Below are positions 34,054-44,946 of a DNA stretch of 64,000 bases, piece by piece. The translations under genes were made by a program, and so were the position numbers. The DNA is from an uncultured Actinomycetota bacterium (lineage in GTDB: Bacteria; Actinomycetota; Actinomycetes; S36-B12; UBA5976), in contig CAWATP010000009.1 in assembly GCA_963784905.1 (NCBI GenBank), positions 54,279 to 118,278 on the forward strand. Reading direction: 5' to 3'. How positions within the stretch are numbered: the stretch's first letter is position 1; every line of letters starts with the position of its first letter. Below the pieces are notes generated by a model. That model did no database searches. It was not told the origin of the DNA and was given only the letters and a program-made list of their open reading frames with translations.

Positions 34054-36774
34054 TTAGTCCTCGGTGTTGCCCGCGTCAGCGGCCGATGCATCGGCGAGTT
34101 GGTAACGCGCGACCGCTTCAGCGACGCGCGCTCGATCGAACTCACCGCGCTTGGCGAGTTGCGCCAAGGTCTGCACGACGATCGATTGCGCGTCGACCAA
34201 GAAGTGACGGCGCAGTGCCCCACGAGTGTCAGACAAGCCGTGCCCATCCGTGCCAAGTGAAATGAAGTCCTGCGGAACCCACGACTGGATTTGGTCTTGC
34301 ACCGCACGCATCCAGTCCGAGACGGCGATGACTGGACCGGCCGTGCCGGCGAGCTGCTGCTCGACGAACGCCACACGCCGATCGGACTCTGGGTTGAGCA
34401 AGTTGAATCGATCAGTCTCCAGGCCGTCGCGCCGCAGTTCATTCCATGAGGTCACCGACCAGACGTCGGCAAATACGCCCCAATCGTCGCGGAGCATCTG
34501 CTGCGCTTGGCGCGCCCACGGAACGGAGACGCCGGACGCCATGATCTGTGCGCGGGGACCTTCGCCTTCACCTGCTGGTGCCAACAGATACATGCCCTTG
34601 AGGATGCCTTCAACGTCGACGTTCTCAGGTTCGGCCGGCTGTGGGTAGGCCTCGTTGTAGACAGTGAGGTAGTAGTAGATGTTCTCGCTGTTCTCCCCGT
34701 ACATGCGACGGATTCCATCGCGCACGATGTGCCCGAGTTCGTATGCGTATGCCGGGTCGTAAGCGACGACGGCGGGGTTCGTGGAGGCAAGCAGGAGCGA
34801 GTGGCCGTCCTCGTGTTGCAGGCCCTCACCGTTCAGCGTTGTACGTCCAGCGGTGGCACCGACGACGAAGCCGCGCACCATCTGATCCATCGCTAGCCAG
34901 AACTGGTCGCCGGTACGTTGGAAGCCGAACATTGAGTAGAAGATGTAGATCGGGATCATGGGTTCGTCGTGCGTCGAGTAGGCGGAACCTGCTGCGACGA
35001 ACGAGGCGACCGAGCCCGCTTCGTTGATGCCCTCGTGCAGGATCTGACCCGATGTCGATTCCTTGTAGGACAACATCAATTCCCGGTCGACAGCGTTGTA
35101 GGTCTGACCCCATGGCGAGTAGATGCGCAACGTCGAGAAGAGTGAATCCATACCAAAAGTGCGCGCTTCGTCGGGGATGATCGGTACAAAGCGTTTGCCG
35201 ATCTTTTCGTCGCGGACCAGATCCTTGAATAAGCGCACGAATGCCATGGTGGTGGCAACACTCTGATTGCCCGAACCGCGCTTGGTGCTCTCGAAAATCT
35301 TGTCGGCGGGCAACTCCAGTGGCCTGCTGAGCGAGCGACGGGTCGGCACCGAACCGCCGAGCGCGCGACGACGATCAAGCATGTACTGCATGGTCGGGTC
35401 AGATTCATCGGGTCGGTAGAACGGCGGCATGTACGGGTTCTCTTCGATCTGCGCATCGGAGATCGGGATGTTGAGACGATCGCGGAACGTCTTGATGTTG
35501 TCCGCGGTCATCTTCTTCATTTGGTGCGTGGCGTTGCGGCCTTCGAAGGACGAACCAAGTGTCCAGCCCTTGATGGTCTTGGCGAGGATGACCGTTGGCT
35601 GGTTCTTATGCTCGCTGGCCGCCTTGTATGCCGCGTACAGCTTGTGGTGGTCGTGGCCACCGCGCTTGAGGGCCCAGATCTCATCGTCGGTCATGTCGGC
35701 AACCAAGTCTTTGGCGCGCGGGTCGCGGCCAAAGAAGTTGTCGCGCACATAGGCGCCGTTTTCAGCCTTGAAGGTTTGGTAGTCACCATCGACGGTCGTG
35801 TTCATGATGTGCAGCAGAGCACCGTCGCGATCCTTGGCGAGCAACGGATCCCAGTTGCTGCCCCAAACGACCTTGATGACGTTCCAGCCGGCGCCGCGGA
35901 ACACTGCCTCCAGTTCCTGAATGATCTTGCCATTGCCACGAACCGGGCCGTCGAGTCGCTGCAGGTTGCAGTTGATGACGAAGTTGAGGTTGTCCAGTCC
36001 TTCACGTGCCGCGAGGCTGATCGCGCCGAGCGATTCCGGCTCGTCGGTTTCACCGTCGCCGAGGAAGGCCCATACCTGCTGATCACTGGTGTCCTTGATG
36101 CCACGGCCAGCGAGGTAGCGATTGAAGCGAGCCTGGTAGATCGCGTGGTGTGGTCCGAGACCCATCGACACCGTCGGGAACTGCCAGTAGTCGGGCATGA
36201 GGCGGGGATGCGGGTAGGACGGGATGCCGCCGCCCGCGTGCGACGCCTCTTGGCGGAAGCCATCAAGTTGGTGCTCGGAGAGTCGACCCTCAACGAACGA
36301 GCGCGCATACATGCCAGGCGCTGCGTGGCCCTGGAAGAAGATCTGATCGCCACCGCCTGGATGGTTCTGGCCTCGGAAGAAGTGGTTGAAGCCAACTTCG
36401 TACAGCGAGGCGGACGACGCATACGACGAGATGTGCCCGCCGACGCCGACACCGGGACGTTGGGCGCGGTGCACGATCATGGCCGCGTTCCAACGGATCC
36501 ATGTGCGCATCTGATGCTCAGCAGCTTCGTCGCCGGGAAAGATCGGCTCGTCCTTGGGGGAGATGGTGTTGATGTAATCCGTCTGACGGATTGACGGAAG
36601 GCCGACCGAGCGCTCCCGAGAGTGCCGTACCAACTCCAGCATCAACTGCCGAGCACGCCAAGCGCCATTGTTGGCGATGATGGCGTCGAGCGACGCCTTC
36701 CACTCAGCAGTTTCCTCGGGATCCTTGTCGAAGTACTGACTCGGTAGGTCATCGACGAAGTACGGATCAACCAT
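34054..36774 (-). CDS. aceE: Pyruvate dehydrogenase E1, homodimeric type
   Basis: [28 protein letters not shown] and GEGLQHEDG motifs. Confidence 0.97.
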   Translation of the reverse strand: MVDPYFVDDLPSQYFDKDPEETAEWKASLDAIIANNGAWRARQLMLELVRHSRERSVGLPSIRQTDYINTISPKDEPIFPGDEAAEHQMRTWIRWNAAMIVHRAQRPGVGVGGHISSYASSASLYEVGFNHFFRGQNHPGGGDQIFFQGHAAPGMYARSFVEGRLSEHQLDGFRQEASHAGGGIPSYPHPRLMPDYWQFPTVSMGLGPHHAIYQARFNRYLAGRGIKDTSDQQVWAFLGDGETDEPESLGAISLAAREGLDNLNFVINCNLQRLDGPVRGNGKIIQELEAVFRGAGWNVIKVVWGSNWDPLLAKDRDGALLHIMNTTVDGDYQTFKAENGAYVRDNFFGRDPRAKDLVADMTDDEIWALKRGGHDHHKLYAAYKAASEHKNQPTVILAKTIKGWTLGSSFEGRNATHQMKKMTADNIKTFRDRLNIPISDAQIEENPYMPPFYRPDESDPTMQYMLDRRRALGGSVPTRRSLSRPLELPADKIFESTKRGSGNQSVATTMAFVRLFKDLVRDEKIGKRFVPIIPDEARTFGMDSLFSTLRIYSPWGQTYNAVDRELMLSYKESTSGQILHEGINEAGSVASFVAAGSAYSTHDEPMIPIYIFYSMFGFQRTGDQFWLAMDQMVRGFVVGATAGRTTLNGEGLQHEDGHSLLLASTNPAVVAYDPAYAYELGHIVRDGIRRMYGENSENIYYYLTVYNEAYPQPAEPENVDVEGILKGMYLLAPAGEGEGPRAQIMASGVSVPWARQAQQMLRDDWGVFADVWSVTSWNELRRDGLETDRFNLLNPESDRRVAFVEQQLAGTAGPVIAVSDWMRAVQDQIQSWVPQDFISLGTDGHGLSDTRGALRRHFLVDAQSIVVQTLAQLAKRGEFDRARVAEAVARYQLADASAADAGNTED

Positions 36775-36961
36775 GGGTAACCCTCCATCAGGCCTAGCGC
36801 AGGGGTGGCGCGCTCAGCAGGTTGCGGTAGGGACATTGTTCCTTATAAGGCTCGAGGTGAAGAAATGGGGGCTAAACGGCGACGGAAAGGTGCGATGATG
36901 CCCTTGCCTTCGGGGGTCCCGTCGTGTGGACTTCACCTAACTGTCTCCCGAGGAAAGGTAA

Positions 36962-37399
36962 ATGCCGGTGCCCATTGCGGCAGCGAACGCGGAAGCGTTG
37001 CGCGGATTGCTCACGAAGTTGGGCATCACACCAGGAATGACGGTTCAGGAAATCGGTGATGACTCCGATTCTGATGACGTGTTACGCGAGGCGGTGGCGG
37101 CTGTTGCCGGCTCGGCGCTCGTCGATTGGGCGTACGAGGACGTTGTCGACGCTGTGCTGTTGTGGCACCGCGATGATGACGGCGATTTAGTTGATGCGCT
37201 GGTCGATGCCATCGGACCGCTGACAGACAAGGGCGTCATCGTCTTACTGACCCCCAAGCCCGGTCGCGCAGGGCACGTACCGGCCGACGAAATCGCCGAT
37301 GCCGTTCCGACGGCGGGTCTCCAGGCAACCTCGACGGTCAGTGCCAGTACCGATTGGCAGGGTACTCGACTGGTCACTCCCAAGGGTCCTCGCCGCTAG
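36962..37399 (+). CDS. DUF3052 family protein
   Basis: LLWHRDDDGDLVDALVD and LLTPKPGR; canonical divergent neighbour of aceE. Confidence 0.88.
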   Translation: MPVPIAAANAEALRGLLTKLGITPGMTVQEIGDDSDSDDVLREAVAAVAGSALVDWAYEDVVDAVLLWHRDDDGDLVDALVDAIGPLTDKGVIVLLTPKPGRAGHVPADEIADAVPTAGLQATSTVSASTDWQGTRLVTPKGPRR

Positions 37400-37548
37400 C
37401 ACTCGCTTCTCGTCCCCGCAGGCGCTGTCGCGACAGCGTCTCCTGCTGTAAAGCACCTTCTGGGTGCAGAAGTGTCCAGTCGAGGCGGTTCGGCAGTGAG
37501 CGGTTGTTTCGGTTACCCTTCCGGCATCCCGCATGCGATGCATGCGAC

Positions 37549-37625
37549 GGGCGTGTAGCTCAGTTGGTTAGAGCTCTGGCTTTACAAGCCAGCTGTCGGG
37601 GGTTCGAGTCCCTCCGCGCCCACCA
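37549..37625 (+). tRNA. tRNA-Val(TAC)
   Basis: Cloverleaf: anticodon arm CTGGC-TTTACAA-GCCAG, GGTTCGAGTCC T-arm, encoded CCA. Confidence 0.96.
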
Positions 37626-37730
37626 TGCGATTCGACGGTTCCGTTATTTCCGACGGCGGCGTTTCGTCAGCCTTTTGCTCAAAGGCGGCCGTTCGGCACG
37701 AAACCAACTTGTGCGTCCTACAGTGAGAGC

Positions 37731-38525
37731 ATGACAACCGTCGCTGATTGCATGGCCCGTTTCGAGCAGTGGTTTCCTGCTGCACTTGCGGAAGATTGGG
37801 ATGCTGTAGGTCTCTTGACGGGTCGCCGCGCGGATTCCGTGACGAGTCTGTGCTTGGCCGTGGATATCACGTATGCGACGGTGGATTGGGCTATCGGCGA
37901 GGGCGCGCAATTTCTCTTCGCGCATCATCCGTTGTACCTGCGTGGCACCACTACGGTCGACGGTGACTCGCCCAAGGGTGCACTCATCCATCGCGCCATC
38001 AGCAACGGTCTTGCCGTATTTGTCGCGCACACGAATGCAGATATCGCGCGTCCTGGCGTCTCTGATGCGATCGCTCATGGTCTTGGACTGCGACAGCTTT
38101 CGCCAATCCGAGCACATACATCGAATCCGGACCTCGGGCTGGGTCGCGTGGGCGAATTGCACGAGGCCTGCGACTTCGCGACCTTGGTGCAGCGGGTGTT
38201 TGAGACGCTGCCGAGCGGGTCCTCGGGAATTAGGTGGGCCGGCGATCCTCAGCGACGCGTGGAGCGAATTGCCATTTGTGGCGGCGCAGGCGATGACTTG
38301 CTCGATGAGGTACACGCCGATGTCTACGTCACGAGTGACGTGCGGCACCATGTGGCCTCGGAATATCTCGCCAGTGGACGCGCCGCGCTGATCGATGTGC
38401 CCCATGCCGCCGCTGAAGCCATGTTTCTGGATCCGCTAGCACAGGGTCTTCGCACGGCGTTTCCGGACGTTCGCACGAGCGTTTTCCCCGGCACAACTGA
38501 CCCGTGGCGCGGTCACAGCGCCTAG
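37731..38525 (+). CDS. Nif3-like dinuclear metal centre protein
   Basis: WDAVGL, HHPL, HTNAD and H...E motifs. Confidence 0.9.
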   Translation: MTTVADCMARFEQWFPAALAEDWDAVGLLTGRRADSVTSLCLAVDITYATVDWAIGEGAQFLFAHHPLYLRGTTTVDGDSPKGALIHRAISNGLAVFVAHTNADIARPGVSDAIAHGLGLRQLSPIRAHTSNPDLGLGRVGELHEACDFATLVQRVFETLPSGSSGIRWAGDPQRRVERIAICGGAGDDLLDEVHADVYVTSDVRHHVASEYLASGRAALIDVPHAAAEAMFLDPLAQGLRTAFPDVRTSVFPGTTDPWRGHSA

Positions 38526-38576
38526 TTCTTGAGCGTATGCGCATTGGTATGCCCACCCATACGCCACAATGTGCGG

Positions 38577-39323
38577 GTGGCAACTGCTGATCCCTTCGCA
38601 CAGATTCGACTCCTGGACTTGCAGGAGGCGGACACCCATCTCGATCAAATTGCGCATCGTCGGGCAAACCTGACCGAGGTCGCTCGATTGCGTGAATGCG
38701 AGATTGCACTCAATCGTGTGCGCACGCTCATTGTCGCGGGTGAGACCGAAGTGTCAGATCGAGATCGCGAACTGCGCAAGATGGACAGTGACGTCGAGCA
38801 AGTGCGTATGCGTGCTTCGAAGGATCAGTCCTTGCTTGACAGTGGTGCCGTGTCAAACTCCAAGCAACTGGAGGATCTTGCCCACGAGGTTGCCTCGCTG
38901 GCTCGCCGTCAAGCCATTTTGGAAGACGAAGAGCTCGAACTTATGGAGCGCCTTGAGGATGCACGTCATTCACTGAGCGCCTTGCAGGCGGAGCGTGCGC
39001 GGATCGATGTAGAGATGAACGAAGCGCGCGAGGCATTGGCCGATGTCGAGCATTCCCTTGCAGCCGAGCACGAGGATGCGACGAAGCACCGTGCCAACCT
39101 TGTCACCGGAATCCCTGCGGATTTACTGCGCGCATACGAGAAGAGCCGCGCCGACAATGGTGGAGTGGGAGCCGCGTTGCTGCAGCACGGCCGATGTGGC
39201 GGATGCCGACTCTCCATCAATGCCAATGAGTTGTCACGCATCAAGTCGGCACGATCCGACGAAGTGCTTCGCTGTGAAGAGTGCCGTCGCATCCTGGTGA
39301 GAACGGGCGAGTCCGGGCTGTGA
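38577..39323 (+). CDS. Coiled-coil protein with C4 zinc ribbon (DUF164-like)
   Basis: Long coiled coil; CGGC...CEECRRIL. Confidence 0.88.
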   Translation: MATADPFAQIRLLDLQEADTHLDQIAHRRANLTEVARLRECEIALNRVRTLIVAGETEVSDRDRELRKMDSDVEQVRMRASKDQSLLDSGAVSNSKQLEDLAHEVASLARRQAILEDEELELMERLEDARHSLSALQAERARIDVEMNEAREALADVEHSLAAEHEDATKHRANLVTGIPADLLRAYEKSRADNGGVGAALLQHGRCGGCRLSINANELSRIKSARSDEVLRCEECRRILVRTGESGL

Positions 39324-39760
39324 CTCGCTACCTCATCATGGAAGCCGATGGGGGTTCGCGTGGTAATCCCGGCCCGGCGGCATACGGCACGGTGGTGCGA
39401 GAAGGGTCCACTGGGCGCCTTCTTGCGGAACGGGCTGACTACCTGGGTATCACCACCAACAACGTCGCGGAGTACACCGGGTTGCTGACCGGCTTGCTGT
39501 TCTGCGCAACGCTGGGCGATGTGCGCGTTGATGTGCGATTGGACTCCAAACTGGTGGTCGAACAGATGACAGGTCGTTGGAAGATCAAGCACGGAAATAT
39601 GCGTGAGTTGGCGATGCAGGTGCGCGCGGCGATCAACCCTGCATTCGTGCGTTACCAATGGATTCCGCGAGAGCAAAACCGCGATGCCGATCGACTGGTG
39701 AACGAAAGTTTGGATGCCGTGCAGTCTGGCGGAAATGGTCTGATCGTTCGCGATTTCTAG
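39320..39760 (+). CDS. rnhA: Ribonuclease HI
   Basis: DGGSRGNPG, TNNVAEY, DSKLVVEQ and PREQN..AD motifs. Confidence 0.9.
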   Translation: MTRYLIMEADGGSRGNPGPAAYGTVVREGSTGRLLAERADYLGITTNNVAEYTGLLTGLLFCATLGDVRVDVRLDSKLVVEQMTGRWKIKHGNMRELAMQVRAAINPAFVRYQWIPREQNRDADRLVNESLDAVQSGGNGLIVRDF

Positions 39761-40149
39761 CCCATCCCCTTCGCTTCACGGTCGAAAGTGTTCAGTTCGA
39801 CGGTGTGTCGCGAACGGTATCGACAGTGAAGCGCGGATAAACGTGATGCGCTCGTGGCTTGTGACACGCCGATGCGCGGGTGTACACATGGAACACGGTT
39901 CCCGTGGCACCTCGTGATCGATTGCGTGGCGGCTGGGTCGCTTAGGCGATCCCCGTCCCGTCGTCTCGCGGCGAGTCGAAGATTCCGGCCCTAGGCCGTT
40001 GTCCGGGAACCAGGGGCCCGCAGGCTGGAGCTTTGCGGGCCCCGCCCTTCTCGCCAACGGCGCGCGCCAGACACCATCAAATGTCGTTGCCTCGGCCATG
40101 GCCGCGCGCTAGCGTGAATGAACTGCCATTGTGACTGTGAGGAATCGGC

Positions 40150-40851
40150 TTGACCACCTACTCCATGCGCCTCCGCGGTGTGCATCTCGAGCCGTACTTT
40201 CAGCGCTACATGGACACTCGGCCATTGGCCCCTGTACGCGGTGAATTGTTCACACGCCCTGACTTGGCGGTCACGACAGAGCAGTTCTTTGCCGATCTCA
40301 ACTCTGACGAGCACGCGCAGATTCTCGACTGGTTGCTGGAGATTGCGGCTGCGATCCACAGCGGATCCGGAATCGAGTCATCGATCAACGTGGCGCCGGC
40401 AATTGTGGCAAGCGAGCGCGGACGAAACGATTTTCTCTATCTCGCTGCGTCAGCGGCCACGCCAATCACTTTCGAATTCAGCGACCTTCCGACGGATTGG
40501 TCGGAAGACGAAGCAAACCGACTGTTCACCCATATTCGCGAGCGCGGGCACCAGTCGGCATTGGATAACTTCGGTACGGGCGAAATCGACATCGCTGCGA
40601 TGAGTACGTTGAACTTCGACACCATCAAGATCGCCGGTGGCGTCACCTTTGGATTTGATCGTGACATCGAAAGCCAGAATCGTCTGGAGCGCATCTACCG
40701 CGCCATCACCGACGCCGGAAAGCAGCACGTGGTCCAGGGTGTCGAGGCGCAGTCGGCCTTCGAGTGGCTCAAGCAAGTTGGGTACACGACCTTCCAGGGC
40801 TATTGGTTCGGCATTCCCACCCCCGCCGCCACACTCGCTCATCGCAACTAA
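40150..40851 (+). CDS. Stand-alone degenerate EAL-domain protein
   Basis: PYFQ, SINV, ALDNFGTG, IKI, QGVE and FQGYWFG; canonical EAL and DDFG altered. Confidence 0.75.
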   Translation: MTTYSMRLRGVHLEPYFQRYMDTRPLAPVRGELFTRPDLAVTTEQFFADLNSDEHAQILDWLLEIAAAIHSGSGIESSINVAPAIVASERGRNDFLYLAASAATPITFEFSDLPTDWSEDEANRLFTHIRERGHQSALDNFGTGEIDIAAMSTLNFDTIKIAGGVTFGFDRDIESQNRLERIYRAITDAGKQHVVQGVEAQSAFEWLKQVGYTTFQGYWFGIPTPAATLAHRN

Positions 40852-40870
40852 GCGCGGAGCCCCAAACTTC

Positions 40871-41638
40871 TCAGGTACATACTTCGAGGACACTGCCGGT
40901 TGTGGTGAGCGCGCAGTTCACTTCGAATCCGGCGGTCGCCACGGCCTGCGCCACGTCATCGAATGTTCTGGGCGTTCGGCGCTGCTCGCCGAGTATGCGA
41001 ACGATGCGGCCCTTGGTGGCCTTGTTGAAATGGGACACAGCGATTCGTCTGCCGCCGCGTTCCTGCATCACCTTTACGAGGATGGTCTGCGATCGCTGCT
41101 CGGGCGGCGGCGACCACATGGCGCCATAGCTGCCAGATCGCAGATCCACGAGGAGCTGATCGCCAACGAGTTCGTTGATGGTGGTCTTCAGACGCGGACG
41201 CCAGTAGGTGCTGAGCCGTCCAAGGCGAGGCAATACCGAATCGGCACTGCAGCGATACGCCGGGATGCAGTCGCCAAATCCGACGACTCCGAGCAGCGCA
41301 CTCTGCACGAGCACCGATGCTTCGAGCCGCCTGAGCACGGACGGTGTGCACGATCCAAGTTCAATTGCTTCGAATAGCACACCGTCATAAATCGCATGAG
41401 CTGGGGATGTTGGTGCGCTCAGCAATGCCACGTTGCGAGCGAGTTCAGTGTCTTGGTTGATGGTGGTGCCGATCGCCGCGCGCACTCGCGGAGTTGGCTT
41501 GCTACAGATTCGGCTCAGCCCAGAAATGACGGCCTCCCGAGACTCCGCAAGCGGGGCAGCGACGAGCTGGTGAAGGGCAAGTGGTGTTCGGCTGGTGCCA
41601 TCTCGCTTGGTCTCAGATGGAGGCAGGATCAGGCGCAT
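40871..41638 (-). CDS. yaaA: Peroxide stress protein YaaA
   Basis: LPPSETK, YDGVLF, DLRSGSY and SHFNKATKG motifs. Confidence 0.88.
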   Translation of the reverse strand: MRLILPPSETKRDGTSRTPLALHQLVAAPLAESREAVISGLSRICSKPTPRVRAAIGTTINQDTELARNVALLSAPTSPAHAIYDGVLFEAIELGSCTPSVLRRLEASVLVQSALLGVVGFGDCIPAYRCSADSVLPRLGRLSTYWRPRLKTTINELVGDQLLVDLRSGSYGAMWSPPPEQRSQTILVKVMQERGGRRIAVSHFNKATKGRIVRILGEQRRTPRTFDDVAQAVATAGFEVNCALTTTGSVLEVCT

Positions 41639-41724
41639 GAGATGCATCCTCCACTACAGGAATGACTCGGTAGTGCAGAAGTGCAGGGGAAGGACGCGTT
41701 CGACGAACTTCGCTACCCTTGCCC

Positions 41725-42124
<400 letters not shown>

Positions 42125-42193
42125 CTATCGGCAGTGCAGGGGATCCGCGCGACCATGAGCGGAGCGCGCCGTCTGTTCTGGATATAGTGCCAT

Positions 42194-43165
42194 ATGGCGT
42201 ATCTCTACCAAGTCGGCATCTTCTTCACGGCAGGTGTCGCGTACGCCATCAATCTGCAATTGCCCGTTATTAGTGCGCTATTTCTCGCGTTGCTGTTTGG
42301 CCTAGCGCTTGGGAATCTTGTCGTGCTGCCCAGCATCGCGGCAAGGGTCTTGCAGCTCAATGCAAGAAAGTCGTTGCGAGCCGGCGTTGCGCTTCTGGGT
42401 TTTCAAATCACGCTTCACAATTTCCTTGAGATTGGCTGGCGAGGCTTCTTCGCAATCTTGATCGTGATGCTGGTGACGTTCTTCGCTACGAAGGCAGCAG
42501 CGGAATACCTCAAATTTGGTCATGAGTTCGCGCTACTGCTCGCCACAGGATTTTCAATCTGTGGCGCTTCGGCAATCGCAGCGGTTGGAGAAATCCGTAA
42601 GAGCGCGAAGGACGAGATTGCCTACGCTGTCGGCTTGGTCACGCTGCTGGGCACGATCTCGATCTTCGTGCTGCCGCCAGTTGCGGCGATCCTCCAACTT
42701 TCGCACACGCAGTCTGGTTCCTGGATTGGCGCTGCGGTGCACGATGTTGGTCAAGTAGTGGCCGCGGCATCAATCGTCGGCGGCTCTACATTGCAGTACG
42801 CCATCGTGACGAAGTTGTCTCGCGTGGTGATGTTGGCCCCGATGCTGCTGATGCTCGCGCCACGTCAGGATGCCAGAGGACGACTCGATCAAGGGGCATC
42901 GCACCGGCCGCTGGTTCCATTCTTCATATTGGCCTTCTTGATGGCCATTGTGCTGAATAATTGGGTGCCACTGAGTCCGCACTGGAACTCTGGAATCGCC
43001 AACCTGTCGCGGTTGCTCATGTCGATGGGACTCTTTGCGATCGGCACGACTGTGAAGATCGCTGACCTTCGCAAGCTCGGCGTCGCACCAATCCTCTTCG
43101 GCGTTGCGGCCTGGCTCACCCTGGGTGTCTTCTCAGTGCGCGTCGTGACCTTGTTGGTGCAGTAA
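42194..43165 (+). CDS. YeiH/PSE family putative sulfate exporter
   Basis: GFSICGASAIAA, HDVGQVVAA and KLSRV motifs. Confidence 0.88.
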   Translation: MAYLYQVGIFFTAGVAYAINLQLPVISALFLALLFGLALGNLVVLPSIAARVLQLNARKSLRAGVALLGFQITLHNFLEIGWRGFFAILIVMLVTFFATKAAAEYLKFGHEFALLLATGFSICGASAIAAVGEIRKSAKDEIAYAVGLVTLLGTISIFVLPPVAAILQLSHTQSGSWIGAAVHDVGQVVAAASIVGGSTLQYAIVTKLSRVVMLAPMLLMLAPRQDARGRLDQGASHRPLVPFFILAFLMAIVLNNWVPLSPHWNSGIANLSRLLMSMGLFAIGTTVKIADLRKLGVAPILFGVAAWLTLGVFSVRVVTLLVQ

Positions 43166-43205
43166 TGCACAAGCTGCCCGGCGAGATTGCGCTATAGCGA
43201 GCGCA

Positions 43206-43667
43206 TTACTTGGTGATATCGCAGGCGAAGCTGTCACGCAGCACCGTGACAGCGTGCACCGCGGCAACCTCTTCGCGATATACGACGCCGAGCAGCGTGA
43301 GTTTGACCAAGGATCGCGAAACGCGACCGAGAACAACTTTGCTCGCACTATCGAGCTGCTCCAGGGTCGGTTCAAGCACTGCATCGCCGAGGTCTTCGGC
43401 AAAGAGACCCACGACAACGTCCTGAACCAAGTCCTGCGCCTTCACGGTGCGCAGCGCGGCCCTGAATATCTCACCCTGAGCATGGGCAGGCATGAATCGT
43501 CGCTGCACCTTCGCGCCAGGACGCGCGGTGCGAATGACCGTGTCGAGATCGCCTCCGAGCCCGAAGCTCTCGACGAAGGGGATGAGTGCTGCAAGATCGG
43601 CACCCGTAACTTCTCCGATTGCTTGCGTGAACTCGGCATCGAGTCGATCCTGCTTGACCTCAGACAT
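43206..43667 (-). CDS. Hypothetical protein
   Basis: AGGAGG RBS before ATG 43667; coding-like composition. Confidence 0.6.
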   Translation of the reverse strand: MSEVKQDRLDAEFTQAIGEVTGADLAALIPFVESFGLGGDLDTVIRTARPGAKVQRRFMPAHAQGEIFRAALRTVKAQDLVQDVVVGLFAEDLGDAVLEPTLEQLDSASKVVLGRVSRSLVKLTLLGVVYREEVAAVHAVTVLRDSFACDITK

Positions 43668-43745
43668 GTTGGCCTCCTGCGCTGAGAGTAGCCGCACTGC
43701 TCGGACGTCTCCGCCGTTTGTGTTGCCCTTGATAATCTTGGCGCT

Positions 43746-44093
43746 ATGACGCAGTTGCCCGCCTGTCCACTCTGCACCTGCGAGTACACCTATGAGATAG
43801 GCGCGTTGTTGGTGTGCCCAGAGTGTGCGCACGAATGGATAGCTGTCGAGCCGACGGGCGACCTCGATGCCGTATTCCTCGTAAAAGATTCAGCGGGCAA
43901 CATCTTGTCCGACGGTGACACGGTGACCATCGTCAAGGACCTCAAGGTCAAGGGAAGCGCGGCGTCAATCAAGGTCGGCACGAAAGTGCGTGGTATTCGA
44001 CTTGTCGAAGGTCCCGGCGATCACGATATCGAGGCCAAGGTCGATGGCTTTGGCTCGATGTATCTCAAGTCCAGCATTGTGAAGAAGGCCTAG
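43746..44093 (+). CDS. PhnA/YjdM zinc-ribbon protein
   Basis: [16 protein letters not shown] and [15 protein letters not shown]. Confidence 0.9.
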   Translation: MTQLPACPLCTCEYTYEIGALLVCPECAHEWIAVEPTGDLDAVFLVKDSAGNILSDGDTVTIVKDLKVKGSAASIKVGTKVRGIRLVEGPGDHDIEAKVDGFGSMYLKSSIVKKA

Positions 44094-44097
44094 TTCG

Positions 44098-44823
44098 TTA
44101 TTGCGCCTGATCGATGTCTCGGCGACCTGCGTTGAAGCTGTTCACGGCGGCGTCGGAGGCGTACCCGATCGCAAGACCTGTGAGCAACTGATAGTCCCTG
44201 GGGATGTCAAATTCCGCATCGATAGGGCTGCGCCATGTCGCCAGCACACCTTGTGCACAGGTACCAAGTCCGTTGGCGTGGGCTGACAACATGAGTGACT
44301 GCAGCATGAGTCCAGCGTCTTGTGCCGAGAATGGCATCAAGCCTTTGTGTGCAAAGACGAACATGACCGTTGGCGCACCGAAGAATTCGCAATTGCGCCG
44401 CCATTGTTGATCACGTGCCGCTTGATCGTCGCGTTCAATGCCAAGGAATCCATAGAGCTCGTGACCGATCTTGCGCCGGTATGGCTGCAGCACTTCGGGG
44501 TACGGCTGCCAAGTACGGAAGTCGCCATCGGGATATCCGCGTCGCGTGAGGAACATTCTGGCCATGGCGAGTTTGCTGCCATGCTGTACGGGAAGCGATG
44601 CGTCGAAGCGCTCGATGTAGGCCTGCTGGAGTCGATCGCGCTTTTCACCCGATGCGATGGCAAGAAGATAGGGCTGCGTGTTTGTCCAACTTGGCGACCA
44701 CTTGGCGTCATCGAGTACACGCTGGAGCACGGTTGCCGGGATCGGCTCAGACGTGAAGTCACGCACACTGCGGCGGCTGTTGACCAAACGCGAAAAGGCA
44801 TCGCCCGTCATAGCTTCACTCAT
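44098..44823 (-). CDS. Nitroreductase
   Basis: RRSVRDF, SPSWTNTQP, FFGAP and GLGTCAQG motifs. Confidence 0.9.
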   Translation of the reverse strand: MSEAMTGDAFSRLVNSRRSVRDFTSEPIPATVLQRVLDDAKWSPSWTNTQPYLLAIASGEKRDRLQQAYIERFDASLPVQHGSKLAMARMFLTRRGYPDGDFRTWQPYPEVLQPYRRKIGHELYGFLGIERDDQAARDQQWRRNCEFFGAPTVMFVFAHKGLMPFSAQDAGLMLQSLMLSAHANGLGTCAQGVLATWRSPIDAEFDIPRDYQLLTGLAIGYASDAAVNSFNAGRRDIDQAQ

Positions 44824-44946
44824 GCGGTGAGCCTATTGCTGAGGGGCCGGTCAGATCCGATCCCGGCCGCGGCGCTTCGCCTCATACCGAGTGCCGTGGA
44901 CGCGAGAAAGTTGGGGCTTTCACTCTGCAGGCTATGGCCCTCCGAA

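Noticed and set aside
37549-37625. tRNA-Val as the provirus integration site
   Set aside because: It lies 5 kb outside the element and shares no sequence with the 18-bp core; I saw no duplicated tRNA 3' end
39761-40149. Structured RNA or c-di-GMP riboswitch upstream of the EAL gene
   Set aside because: Only a generic GC hairpin near 40013-40043; no conserved riboswitch motif seen
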